This document shows, in pieces, positions 18,172 to 28,800 of a stretch of 44,275 nucleotides of DNA. The position numbers were made by a program, and so were the translations under genes. Source of the stretch: Promethearchaeota archaeon. GTDB lineage: Archaea > Asgardarchaeota > Hermodarchaeia > Hermodarchaeales > Hermodarchaeaceae. The stretch spans positions 1 through 44,275 of the forward strand of contig JBHLMG010000021.1 in assembly GCA_048938385.1 (NCBI GenBank), written 5' to 3'. How positions within the stretch are numbered: the stretch's first letter is position 1; every line of letters starts with the position of its first letter. Under the pieces are notes generated by a model. The model saw only the letters and a list, made by a program, of their open reading frames with translations, was not told the origin of the DNA and did not search any database.

Positions 18172-19363
18172 TGAGGTAAAAGAAATGTCTAAAATTATAT
18201 CAGTTACAGGGAACCATTCAGCCTCATGGGCGGCACGGACAGCTATTCCTGCAGTAATTGCGGCTTATCCCATTACTCCGCAAACTACTATCGTAGAGAA
18301 GATAGCAGAATTTGTTGAAAGCGGTGAACTAAAATCAGAATATGTTCGTGTAGAATCTGAACACAGTGCCATGGCTGCATGTATCGGGGCATCTGCGTTA
18401 GGACTCCGAACCTTCACAGCAACATCTTCTCATGGATTAGCTTTAATGCACGAAATGCTTCATTGGGCTGGACGTGCACGGTTACCTGTGGTTATGCCAG
18501 TCGTTAACAGAGCCCTTGGTCCGCCCTGGAACATCTGGGTTGACCATACAGATACGATGGCACAACGTGATACTGGATGGATTCAATTTTATGCTTCAAA
18601 TAATCAGGAAGTCTATGACACAGTCCTCATGCTGTTCCGCCTATGCGAAGACCCCAATGTCCTGCTTCCAGGAATGGTGGCATTAGATGCGTATATCCTC
18701 AGTCATACATTTACTTCCATTGAAGTTTATGATCACGAAGAAATCACCGATTTTCTCCCCACATACGAAGCCGGACATTGGAAAATGGATCCAAAGGATC
18801 CGATGGCAATGGGAAATATTGCTGGGCCTGAATATTACTACGAACTAAGTTATGCTATCCATGAAGGTTTTGAAGCGGCACGAAAAATAATCCCCGAAGT
18901 GGAAGCTGATTTTAAGAAGCAATTTGGTCGATCCCATGGCGGTTTCATCGACACGTACCAGTGTGACGACGCCGAAGTCATCTTCATCGCCTCAGGGACC
19001 ATGGGCGAAGAAGCTCAGCTTGCGGTCGAAGAACTTCGAGAAGAAGGAATTCGTGCAGGATCAGCGCGACTCCGTATCTTTCGCCCATTCCCTGCTGAAC
19101 AAATTCAAACCCTAGCAAACAAAGCTAAGGCGTTTGTTGTGGTTGACCGGAGTCTTTCATATGGACATCTTGGCGGGGTCGTCACCGAAATTCGGTCCGC
19201 CCTCTATCGTGGAAGGCAAACCATACCCGTTCAAGGCGTGATTGCGGGGCTTGGTGGTCGAGATGTTAGCCACATTGACATTAAAAAGCTAATAAAAATC
19301 GGTTTTGACGCGGCCGATAAGGGTGAAGCAAGACCAGACATCTTCTATGGATTAAAAAGGTGA
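18164..19363 (+). CDS. porA: 2-oxoacid:ferredoxin oxidoreductase alpha subunit
   Basis: AYPITPQT, VESEHSAM, TATSSHGL, RDTGWIQ, GLGGRD. Confidence 0.95.
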   Translation: MNNEVKEMSKIISVTGNHSASWAARTAIPAVIAAYPITPQTTIVEKIAEFVESGELKSEYVRVESEHSAMAACIGASALGLRTFTATSSHGLALMHEMLHWAGRARLPVVMPVVNRALGPPWNIWVDHTDTMAQRDTGWIQFYASNNQEVYDTVLMLFRLCEDPNVLLPGMVALDAYILSHTFTSIEVYDHEEITDFLPTYEAGHWKMDPKDPMAMGNIAGPEYYYELSYAIHEGFEAARKIIPEVEADFKKQFGRSHGGFIDTYQCDDAEVIFIASGTMGEEAQLAVEELREEGIRAGSARLRIFRPFPAEQIQTLANKAKAFVVVDRSLSYGHLGGVVTEIRSALYRGRQTIPVQGVIAGLGGRDVSHIDIKKLIKIGFDAADKGEARPDIFYGLKR

Positions 19364-19369
19364 ACAAAA

Positions 19370-20278
19370 ATGGTAGCGATTAAAGAAATACCACGGGACG
19401 AATACATTGAACTGGGTCATGCGGCCTGCGCAGGTTGTGGTGCCACCATCGCAATTCGCCACGCCCTTAAAGCCCTTGGAGATAACACAATCCTCACCGT
19501 CCCCGCTTGCTGCATGTCTGTTATCCAGGGTCTCTATCCTAAGAACGGGCTCCATATACCCGTCTTAAATACAGCCTTCGAGACCGCAGGGGCCGCAGCT
19601 TCCGGTTTAGTCGCCGGTCTCAAATTTCTCGGCAAAGACAAGGACATAAATGTCATGGCGTGGGCAGGCGACGGGGGTACCTATGACATAGGTATCCAAG
19701 CCCTCAGTGGCGCTGCTGAACGCCAAACCAACTTCATCTACACCTGCTACAATAACGAAAGCTACGGGAACACCGGACAACAACGTTCTGGTGCAACGCC
19801 TTATGGTGCCTTTAGTACAACAACGCCAATCCTCGGAAAACAGGAACACCGGAAACCAATGGCGCGCATTATGGCAGAACATGGTATTCCGTATACAGCC
19901 TCCATCTCAGCGGCATATCCTCGATTAGTTTTTGACACTTATTCCAAAGCAAAGCAGATTGTAGGAACCCGTTTTATCGAAGTTCATGCGATGTGCCCAA
20001 CAGGTTGGCGATGTGTAACTTGGGATAGTGTCAAATTTGGGAAACTAGCAGTTGAAACTGGCGTGTGGATTATGTGGGAGAAGGAGGGGGAAGAATGGCG
20101 CTTTTTGGGTCATAGTAAACGGATTGGAGAAGGAAAGGTGGAACGAAAGCCGTTAATGGAATACTTGAAGCCACAAGGGCGATTCCGGACCCTCATTAAA
20201 GACCCTAACCGAGTGAAAGAGTTTGAGCGGGGTATTAATCGAGAGTGGGAGATTCTTAAGAAGCGAGTAGGATGTTAA
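19370..20278 (+). CDS. porB: 2-oxoacid:ferredoxin oxidoreductase beta subunit
   Basis: GHAACAGCG, TPP-binding GDGG...NNESYGNTG, CPTGW. Confidence 0.95.
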   Translation: MVAIKEIPRDEYIELGHAACAGCGATIAIRHALKALGDNTILTVPACCMSVIQGLYPKNGLHIPVLNTAFETAGAAASGLVAGLKFLGKDKDINVMAWAGDGGTYDIGIQALSGAAERQTNFIYTCYNNESYGNTGQQRSGATPYGAFSTTTPILGKQEHRKPMARIMAEHGIPYTASISAAYPRLVFDTYSKAKQIVGTRFIEVHAMCPTGWRCVTWDSVKFGKLAVETGVWIMWEKEGEEWRFLGHSKRIGEGKVERKPLMEYLKPQGRFRTLIKDPNRVKEFERGINREWEILKKRVGC

Positions 20279-20313
20279 TATCTCAGCAGGACCTACGGTA
20301 ACAACAGCGTGTT

Positions 20314-20706
20314 GTGTGTTACTGCGTGGTGAATAAGTTGACATTGGAGTTTTTAGAAGAAACCCTCGAGGTTGACGATCTTCTGATTAGAGTAGCGATA
20401 AGTCCGCTAGCGAATGGGCTGTTATTGTTGATAAGCGACCGGGAACACCGGTTTGGTACAATTGCAGTGGGAGTACCGAGCCCATTTAGTGAGGTGTCAC
20501 CTGTCGCAACATCGTGTCTGGTCGGGACGCGGTTTCAATCAGAGGTGCGTGCGATCGCAGATATTGCCGCACAGAAAGTAGAAGGGATCGTTGTTGTAAA
20601 CTTGTTTTTATCACCTGAAAAGGCACCGAAGATTTCGGCGGTTTTAACGGCAGTCCGGCAATCGCTGCTAAAGTTTGAAGCCAAGCAACGGGAAAATCCT
20701 TTGTAG
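20314..20706 (+). CDS. Putative proteasome assembly chaperone 4 (PAC4/PSMG4)-like protein; start uncertain
   Basis: GTIAVGVPS..PVATSCLVG..RAIADIAAQK..VVVNL resembles recalled PSMG4 LAVAM..PVSTSLLG..GLAQRLARK..VFVSYNL. Confidence 0.55.
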   Translation: MCYCVVNKLTLEFLEETLEVDDLLIRVAISPLANGLLLLISDREHRFGTIAVGVPSPFSEVSPVATSCLVGTRFQSEVRAIADIAAQKVEGIVVVNLFLSPEKAPKISAVLTAVRQSLLKFEAKQRENPL

Positions 20707-20779
20707 ACCAGGTGACTCGCGTGGAAGAGCAGTAGAGTTATTTGTGATTGAGGAAGTGTTTCTAATCGTGGAGGTTTGA

Positions 20780-22045
20780 ATGTTGGTCTCCGAAAGATGG
20801 GGGTTCATTAAAGACCCCTTGTATGGATTTGTGGCGGTCACGCCATTGGAGAAGCGAATCATTGATACTCGAGTGGTTCAACGGCTTCGTCGTTTACGCC
20901 AATTATCGGGGGCGGAGTTTGTATATCCGGGCGCGAATCATACCCGGTTTGAACATTGTTTAGGTGCGATGCATCTTGCAGGCTTGCTAGCAGAAAGCAT
21001 CACAGAAGATGAACAGGAGGTGCAAGCCCTCCGATTGGCGGCGCTATTACATGATGTGGGGCATGGTCCGTTCAGCCATATCTTCGAAGAAGTGCTAGCA
21101 AAGCGTGGACAGAACCATGAAGATATTACAACCTGGTTAATACAGAAGACAGAGTTAGCTGATATCTTGAATGATGCCGGTCTGCGCTCCAATGAAATGA
21201 GTACGCTTGCTATTGGAAAATTACGCAATAAGAAGCGGGAATTTTTGAATCAAGTTATTCGAAGCTCAGTAGATGTGGATAAGCTTGATTATGTGGTACG
21301 AGATTCATTTCATACCGGGGCAGAATATGGGAGCGTCGATGTGTTCCGACTTATTTACACAATTGAGCTTTTCGAAGGCAATCTTGCCGTAAATACTACC
21401 GCGATCACCACTCTTGAGGCGTTTCTAATTGCTCGAGTGCTCAGCTTTAGGAGCATTTACTACCATCGTGTCTGCCGGGCAGTTCAACGCATGCTAGCAG
21501 ATGCCTTGATGTTAGCTGATGAAGAGCTGGGATTATCTAGCTTTACTGAACCGGAAGAGTATCTTGATATGGACGACTATACCATGTGGACGCATCTTAA
21601 GCAGTGTAAGACCTCTCATCCCATCCTGGAACAACTGGAAAGACGAGAGTTGCTGAAGTGCGCTTATACGGTGGAATCTTTTGTTCAGGAGCACCCAACT
21701 ATTGATTTGTTGGATAAGGAGGGAGTTCGCAAGCAGATTGAGGCCGAGATTGCAGTTAAGGCAAAAGTGGATGTAACGGAGGTTCACCTTGATTCACCAC
21801 TTCTCCCCTCAGTTCCTTACCGCCATTCTTCACAGCTGGATCCGATGAAGATTCCTGGATTTGCTTATATTGGTAAGAAGAAAGTAGCCGTTGATATCGT
21901 CGAACTATCTCGAGTCATTTCGTCTCTGAGAGGCTATCTTGACATCATCCGCGTTTATTCAACGGCAAAAATTCGTGATCGAGTCGGAAAAGCCGCTCAG
22001 GCGGTTCTAGGTGGAATTCCGTATGTCTCCGGAATTTCCATGTGA
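20780..22045 (+). CDS. HD-domain dNTP triphosphohydrolase (SAMHD1/COG1078-like)
   Basis: QRLRRLRQL, GANHTRFEHCLG, LLHDVGHGPFSH, DVDKLDYVVRD, IYYH. Confidence 0.92.
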   Translation: MLVSERWGFIKDPLYGFVAVTPLEKRIIDTRVVQRLRRLRQLSGAEFVYPGANHTRFEHCLGAMHLAGLLAESITEDEQEVQALRLAALLHDVGHGPFSHIFEEVLAKRGQNHEDITTWLIQKTELADILNDAGLRSNEMSTLAIGKLRNKKREFLNQVIRSSVDVDKLDYVVRDSFHTGAEYGSVDVFRLIYTIELFEGNLAVNTTAITTLEAFLIARVLSFRSIYYHRVCRAVQRMLADALMLADEELGLSSFTEPEEYLDMDDYTMWTHLKQCKTSHPILEQLERRELLKCAYTVESFVQEHPTIDLLDKEGVRKQIEAEIAVKAKVDVTEVHLDSPLLPSVPYRHSSQLDPMKIPGFAYIGKKKVAVDIVELSRVISSLRGYLDIIRVYSTAKIRDRVGKAAQAVLGGIPYVSGISM

Positions 22046-22053
22046 GAAGATCT

Positions 22054-23103
22054 TCAGATAAAATCAGAAAGATCGAGCTGCCGTCGGCGTTGAGGGATGA
22101 TTTGTTTTATGTTGAGTTTTTCAAGAACCGCTCCAAAGGTGACTCTGTCCCCGCAGGTTATGAATACAGCATGTGGTTGGGCTTCATTCAGATACTCTAC
22201 TAATTGGTGAAAATCTGCATGCGCAGATAAAACAAAGGATTTATTGACATTTTTCATCGGAAAGAGCTTTGCCCATCCTGTTGTCACAGCACGCGTGTAT
22301 TTGTGCCCAGAGAATGTGCGGGGTTGTTGAATTTTTTTTGAGGTTAAATACGCATGCCCACCCTGTTTTATTACCTCGCGGCCTTCTGGAGTGTTTTCGT
22401 CTAGGAACTCGAGGGGAATTTTGTGGTTTTGATACACTTTTCCAATTTTAGCAATGGTTGAATCCACCACGACCGGTATGGTCAGTAAGGTGTTGAGGAT
22501 TCGGATAACTTCTTGGGCTTTCCCCGCAGCATAAACCTGGAATGCAGGTATCCTTCTGGCTTTCAGTTCTTGACTGGTCCATTCGGCGATTTCTGAATAC
22601 ACTTTTTCACGCGGAGGAAACACAGCGTCAGGGCGCCCATAGGTAGCCTCCATTAAGAGGACATCGCAAGGAATAGGAATAGCGCCTTCGATAGTCAATG
22701 ATGATGAAAGATTGAAATCTCCGGTATAAACAAGGCGTGCTTCTTTTCTTTCCAAAACAAATTGGGCTGCACCGAGCATATGACCTGCAGGCTTGATGTG
22801 AAGCGAACCACCATCCATGAGAGAAATAGAGTCACCTGGAAAAATCGGTTGAACATTGTGTGAATGTCCCCTTAGAGCCTGATAAATATCTAATGTTGCA
22901 GGAGTAGCAATTTTGGGGAGCGCGCTTTGAAATCCTACTGTATGATCTGAATGAGCATGTGAAATACAGGCAAGGGTTCTTTCTGAGCGCCACCGACTAT
23001 GAACTTTGTTGGGATCAAATATAATGCGCTGTGAGCCCGCTTTAACGACAATGTTACGGGATTCGATGAGCTGGAAATCAGGTAGGGAGCCTTGCATTCT
23101 CAA
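22054..23103 (-). CDS. Metallo-beta-lactamase/beta-CASP nuclease with C-terminal PIP-box-like motif
   Basis: SHAHSDH, GHMLG, YTGDF, EATYG, GKAQE, SAHAD; ends in QLDLSDFI. Confidence 0.9.
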   Translation of the reverse strand: MRMQGSLPDFQLIESRNIVVKAGSQRIIFDPNKVHSRWRSERTLACISHAHSDHTVGFQSALPKIATPATLDIYQALRGHSHNVQPIFPGDSISLMDGGSLHIKPAGHMLGAAQFVLERKEARLVYTGDFNLSSSLTIEGAIPIPCDVLLMEATYGRPDAVFPPREKVYSEIAEWTSQELKARRIPAFQVYAAGKAQEVIRILNTLLTIPVVVDSTIAKIGKVYQNHKIPLEFLDENTPEGREVIKQGGHAYLTSKKIQQPRTFSGHKYTRAVTTGWAKLFPMKNVNKSFVLSAHADFHQLVEYLNEAQPHAVFITCGDRVTFGAVLEKLNIKQIIPQRRRQLDLSDFI

Positions 23104-23199
23104 GTCCCACGATTATATGGAGTCTGGTTTTACCGATGGAATAGGTCTTTTCCCGAATTTAAGCCTACTAGATGTTCACTCCGCTGCAAAGAGAGTATC

Positions 23200-23409
23200 T
23201 TAGAATTGAGGGAAGAACAGGTTAAAGACGCCAAGTTGGGCTAAAAGGACAACGATAAGCAGTACAACTGAAAAGACGAGAACTGTAACAGGACCGATTT
23301 TTATGCCTTCGCTGGTGTCTGCAAAGAACCGAATTAGGCCGGCACCTGCTGCTGGCATAGGACCCTCAGTGGATCGTTTCCGTTTTGATTTTGGCATAGA
23401 AGACCTCAC
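23200..23409 (-). CDS. secG: Preprotein translocase subunit Sec61beta
   Basis: Basic N-terminus, AGLIRFF..IKIGP, single C-terminal TM; the true start may be the internal ATG (MPKSKR). Confidence 0.92.
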   Translation of the reverse strand: MRSSMPKSKRKRSTEGPMPAAGAGLIRFFADTSEGIKIGPVTVLVFSVVLLIVVLLAQLGVFNLFFPQF

Positions 23410-23498
23410 TATTGGTGTATTCAGAAATCCTTAGAAGCCCAACCGTTTTTAAGGTTTCTTGAATTAACAATCATTCCGCTCTACCTCTTCAAAGAGCT

Positions 23499-24845
23499 AT
23501 GGCAGAGATGGATAAAATGACACCAAATGATATCCGTGCTACCTATGATGAAATTTTTTCTTTGCTTGAGAAACATCATTCATGGATGCGCGAAACTATC
23601 AACCTCATTGCATCCGAAAATGTGCATTCACCTGCTGTACGAGAAGCAATGCAAGTAGATTTTAGCGATCGTTATGCTGAAGGATGGCCTGGTGAACGCG
23701 TATATGCTGGCACCAAGTACATTGACGAGGTCGAAATCATCGGAAATGAACTTACAAAGGAGCTGTTTCGCGCGGATTTTGCTGATGTGAGACCAATCAG
23801 TGGAGTGCTAGCGAATCTTAGCATTCTCACGGCTTTTACCGAACCTGGCGATCGGATGATGTGCTTGTCAATCCCAACGGGAGGTCATATTTCATCAGCG
23901 CGACATCGGTTATGGGGAACCGCCGGACGTGTACGAGGATTAAAGGTTCAATATTTCAAGTATGACGAATACGAATTGAACATCGATGTAGATGCCTCTG
24001 TACGCAAAATTGAAAGACTGCGTAAGAAGGGGAAGCATATCGATTTCTATATGTTTGGTGCCTCAGTGTTTCCCTTTCCTCATCCTGTCCAAGAAATCGC
24101 AGATATCGTGAAGGGGTATGGGGCTTATGTTAACTACGATGGAGCTCATGTTGCAGGATTAGTGGGAACCAACACTTTCCAAGACCCGCTCCGTGAAGGC
24201 GCGGACAGTCTAACTTTTAGTACTCATAAAACACTGCCGGGTCCTCAGGGTGGGTGCATCGTTGCACATGAACCGTTTGCGGACCGTATAAAAAGAGGAG
24301 TCTTCCCAGCGCTCCATAGTAATCATCACCTTCATCATGTAGCGGCAAAGGCTGTTGCCATGGCTGAAATGCTTGCCTTCGGAAAACCTTACAGTCAGCA
24401 AATTATCGAAAACGCGCAGGCGCTTGGACAGGCTCTAGTTGAAGAAGGATTCAAAGTCTTAGCAGAACACAAAGGGTTCACCAAGTCTCATGTGTTACTA
24501 ATCGAAGTGGCTAATACCCCCTTGAGAAACGGACGAGTAGTAGAGGAAAAACTAGAAGCGGCAAACATCATCATCAACAGGAACCTGCTTCCTTGGGATA
24601 AACGGTTCGGGCGTGATTATATACGCCCAGGCGGAATCCGGTTAGGAACTAGCGAAGTGACTCGCCTTGGCATGAAAACAGACGAAATGTCTCAGATAGC
24701 GAAGTTCATGCGACGAATTGTATTTGATCAAGAAGAGACCAAGAAGGTTGCCAAGGATGTAACTGAATTCCGGAAAGACTATCAAAAGGTTCATTATGCC
24801 TTTGATACGGCACGAGATGCTTATGATTACATCAAAATGAGATAG
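23499..24845 (+). CDS. glyA: Serine hydroxymethyltransferase (archaeal type)
   Basis: NLIASEN, RYAEG, GGHIS, YDGAHV, PLP-Lys STHKTLPGPQGG, GIRLGT. Confidence 0.97.
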   Translation: MAEMDKMTPNDIRATYDEIFSLLEKHHSWMRETINLIASENVHSPAVREAMQVDFSDRYAEGWPGERVYAGTKYIDEVEIIGNELTKELFRADFADVRPISGVLANLSILTAFTEPGDRMMCLSIPTGGHISSARHRLWGTAGRVRGLKVQYFKYDEYELNIDVDASVRKIERLRKKGKHIDFYMFGASVFPFPHPVQEIADIVKGYGAYVNYDGAHVAGLVGTNTFQDPLREGADSLTFSTHKTLPGPQGGCIVAHEPFADRIKRGVFPALHSNHHLHHVAAKAVAMAEMLAFGKPYSQQIIENAQALGQALVEEGFKVLAEHKGFTKSHVLLIEVANTPLRNGRVVEEKLEAANIIINRNLLPWDKRFGRDYIRPGGIRLGTSEVTRLGMKTDEMSQIAKFMRRIVFDQEETKKVAKDVTEFRKDYQKVHYAFDTARDAYDYIKMR

Positions 24846-24950
24846 AACCCCGGATAAGGAACCCTTTTTAACCGTCTTTGCCCAATTAAATTAGGGTTTT
24901 CTACACCGAACTATTTCCCCAGTTGGTATGCTCCTCTAGAGGCGTTTATT

Positions 24951-25793
24951 GTGAAAGTTATAGATGTAATGAAAACGGAGTTTGCTCGTATCTCAGTTCC
25001 TGGAACACGCGATACTGTACTAAAGATTATGTCAGAATCTGGTACGACTGCAATCCCTTTAGTCAAGGGAGATACCGAGGAGCTCGCTGGAATCGTCTCC
25101 CGATTAGATCTGATGCGCAAACCCGAAGAAGACCAGTTAGCAATTCTAATGGACAGAGACCCCCCAGTTGTTTCTGAAAACGACGAATTAGAGGATGCTG
25201 TACGAATTTTACTTGAACGTGGAATTCGTAGGTTACCGGTCGTTAATTCTAAGCGTCGATTAAAAGGAATGATCACTGTTCACGAGGTAATTCGCAAGGT
25301 CGTGAGCGTACAATTTCCTGATGAACTCATTACACCATTTGTAGAAAGAAAAATCACTACGGTTTGGGAAAAAACACCTCTCAAAGCAGCTTACACGATT
25401 ATGCGGTTAGCTGGAACAGATGTTCTTCCAGTGATTTCAGAAAAAGGTGATCTTGTGGGTATCATCTCGGTAAGCGATATCATTAATCTTAGCAAAATTG
25501 TGCGTGAAAGCCGATCAACTTCTGTGTCGGCGGCAAGTGAGGGCACAGATTGGTCGTGGGATGCTACAACGGTGTTATATATTGCGACGAACGAGTTGCA
25601 ACTTCCTAACAAGTCGGTCTCTGATGTGATGGTTGGAGGTATCGTCACAGCTTATGAGCAAGAAACAATTGGTGCAGCTATCAAGAGTATGAGACGCCAT
25701 GACATTGATCAGCTTCCAGTAACCAATGCTAGTGGCGAACTCTGCGGTATAGTTCGGGATAGCAGCCTCCTGCGGATACTTTTACCAAAATAA
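24951..25793 (+). CDS. Tandem CBS-domain protein
   Basis: Four CBS repeats (IRRLPVV, DVLPV, IDQLPV). Confidence 0.9.
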   Translation: MKVIDVMKTEFARISVPGTRDTVLKIMSESGTTAIPLVKGDTEELAGIVSRLDLMRKPEEDQLAILMDRDPPVVSENDELEDAVRILLERGIRRLPVVNSKRRLKGMITVHEVIRKVVSVQFPDELITPFVERKITTVWEKTPLKAAYTIMRLAGTDVLPVISEKGDLVGIISVSDIINLSKIVRESRSTSVSAASEGTDWSWDATTVLYIATNELQLPNKSVSDVMVGGIVTAYEQETIGAAIKSMRRHDIDQLPVTNASGELCGIVRDSSLLRILLPK

Positions 25794-25806
25794 TCCATGT
25801 GTTCTA

Positions 25807-28800
25807 CTATTTAGAAGCGGGAGAAAACTGCTTCAGTGTGATTTGTTTCTTGGTCTCTTCAGGGGGAAATAGTGAATCTATTACTTTTGTTGCAAGGTCT
25901 AGACGCTGCTGGTAATAGTGTGGTAACTGGAAGTCTTGAACTATTCTTGCAGCCAGATCTATGTATTTAGTAATTCCTGCTTTTGTTACAGTTAAAACGA
26001 GTTTTCCTGAACATTCAGGGCAAACACCTAGTAGAGGTATGCGACGGAACTTCTCATTACATCCTGTACACCGAAACTTTTGAGTTGAAAAGGCTCGAAT
26101 GTTTCCGAAAATATCCGGTAGAAAGTGCGAGTCTAGTAGACGTTGTGCCATATCCTGCACATCTACCGCAGCGATAAGACGCCCAAGAGCAAGCTGTCGT
26201 TCTACCTTCTCCTCCATCGTTTTTAGTTTCGTATAGGTCGTCACGCGGGGTCCATTGTTAATCCCACTGGTATCATGAGAAAACCGTAACCCATACGATT
26301 CAGCTGTTGGTTCAATTCGATGATCGACCACTCGATGTGCCACCAAATCAAAAATGTCCTCAACATCTTTGGGATCAACGAACTGCATCGTTCGCTGATA
26401 AAACTCAAGGGGGTACAAGCCGCTCCCATCAATGTTGTGTGCCTCATCATCAATCTCCTTCGGCGAAATTGTCACACTCAATACCAAGGGCGTATCCATC
26501 GTTCCTCCCCGTGATGCTGGAAGATATGCGCGTGAAAAATTAATCATAGGATCTAGTGCTAACAACACAGAATCTTCATCTCCATCGGCGTTACGGCGCT
26601 TAGCTGCATGCCAGAAGGGGTGGGCGTAACAAACCCGGAGCGGAGTGAACCCAATGATGCGCCCAATAATGCCTGCAGAGGTGTGGGGTGCTAAACCGAC
26701 GATGAGTTGTCCAACGAGATTTTCAGGGGATTTGAGTTGGTAGAAGGGCTCTAGGAGGTAAACTTGGACAAGGAGGTCGTCGATGAACTTTGAGATCCTG
26801 TACAGGTATTTTGCGCAGTCATAAGGAATTACGATGTCTTGAGTTTTGAGTTCCAGAATTTGGCTCCCATTGCGAAGGGGTGCCCCGTCGATGTCAAAGT
26901 GGTAGCCTAGGGCTTTTAACTGGTCAGGAGAAACCTGGATTTCTGAGGGTTTGAAGTGCGTGAGAGGTGCATCCGTCATATCAAACCGGACCGTACCGTC
27001 TTTATAGACGAAGAGGTCGTAACGGGCGCGAAGAATAGCTTTTTCAAGAATTTCAGGAACTTTATCCTGGCTCATCAACCCCTTGACGCCTTTGACTCTT
27101 CCGGGTAATCGGCCCCCCAATTGGTTTCTTGCCTTATCCAGATAGGATTTAATTGGTAGTTTAATTGGAGCATATGTGTTAGTCTCAGTCTCACAAACCT
27201 CGCACTTGTAGGATTTCTTTTGTTGATTGCAAACTGGACACCAGAAAATCTGCTCGGTTTCTTGATCACACTCGGGGCATTTTCTGAGAAATTGAAGTTC
27301 GTTACATTGGGGGCAAAGGCGGACATTGGCTTCAATGGGCACTCGGATTCTGTTTCCTGCTTTTCGAATATCCCGCATAGGACCTCCAGCGGTTCCTATC
27401 GGGAAGATCCCATGGGGAGGTGGCGACATGGTTCTTCTTCTGGCTTTTTCGGGACGCCCAATACGTGCGCCGATGTAGAAGGTGCCCTTAGGGTGGAGGA
27501 ACACTGGCCAGTGTTTTTGTAAATAATTGATTACATCTTCTGTATCATCAATCAGGGAAGTAAAATCACATTGACTTTCACCCAAGAACAACGCAAAGAG
27601 AATTGGTGCTGATTCTGTAAAACGAATATGTGTATTGTTCAAATGACAAGGAATACATAGGGTTTCGAGAATGGGAGTAATATCATCGGTGACCGTGCCG
27701 TGCAGAGCTGTGACTCTATCTCCTTCGTATTCGGGTTCTAACTGTCTAACCCACTGACAAAATAACCGTAGCTGGGATGGGGAAAGATCTTCCCAAAAGT
27801 AAAGATAGCGGGGATGAAGAGGAACACCTAGGAGTTCTGAAATCATTAGAGCTTGCCAGGAGTCAGGATAGAATTGAAGCGGAAGATGGAGTAGGCGGGA
27901 GAGGGTTTGATTATCAATCGAGGCAAATAGTTTTTTTCGTTTATCAGGGGTCACGGAACGCAGATCAAGTAGTGCTTCTTGAGCCCACCATTCTGGACAA
28001 TAACCCGCGGGAACTAGTAGATGATTGTTTTCTCGGAATTCACCATATCCAACCAGTAGATCGCCTAAAAAGAGGATTTTTTCGACAGACTGGCGGATTT
28101 TTTTCGCTTCATTAACTGAATTGACTCGAAGAATACTACCATTTTTCAGTTTCACTATCGGGCCGTGGATGGAATCCACGGGCAAAGCTACACAAGCTTT
28201 TCCAGGTCTTTCTATGATCAGTTGTGTTCCACAAGCAATGAAATTGTCCAAAAGGATCATAGTTGCTGGGTGAACCCCAAGCGCAGCTAGCCCCGTGTTC
28301 CTTGATCGACCATATCGAATCCGGAATCCTCCTCTGCGAGAAGGATATGCTAAAACGGGGCGACCTGCAATTATATCTTCAAGGTATTTTTCCTTAGGTT
28401 GTATTCGTTGTTCGACTTCTGTTTCGTCTGATTCTCGGGGCGCTAAATTATCAAGCCATTCCCAACCCGGAAGATTGAGTTGTTCTACAAGATTGGCTAA
28501 TTTATGAGCTTTACCAAGCACGCTGTCGTTGAGAACTAGAATCGCGCCACCACGAAGCCTATTGGTTTCTACTCCTGGGATATCCCGGTATCCAGTAACC
28601 TCTACTTCAGCTGTAGGCTCTCCAGTGACTTCGACAGGAATACTTCGCGCAGCAAGCCGTACTTCTTCTGGTTTTGACGGATATTGCAGGTGAGATACTC
28701 GATTATACAAATCGATTTCTTCGACATACCGCTCAATGTTTTCTAATGAGGGTTTGTACCGGTCTAAGTCGAGTTGTTGTCGAACTGCGTCTGCGATTAC

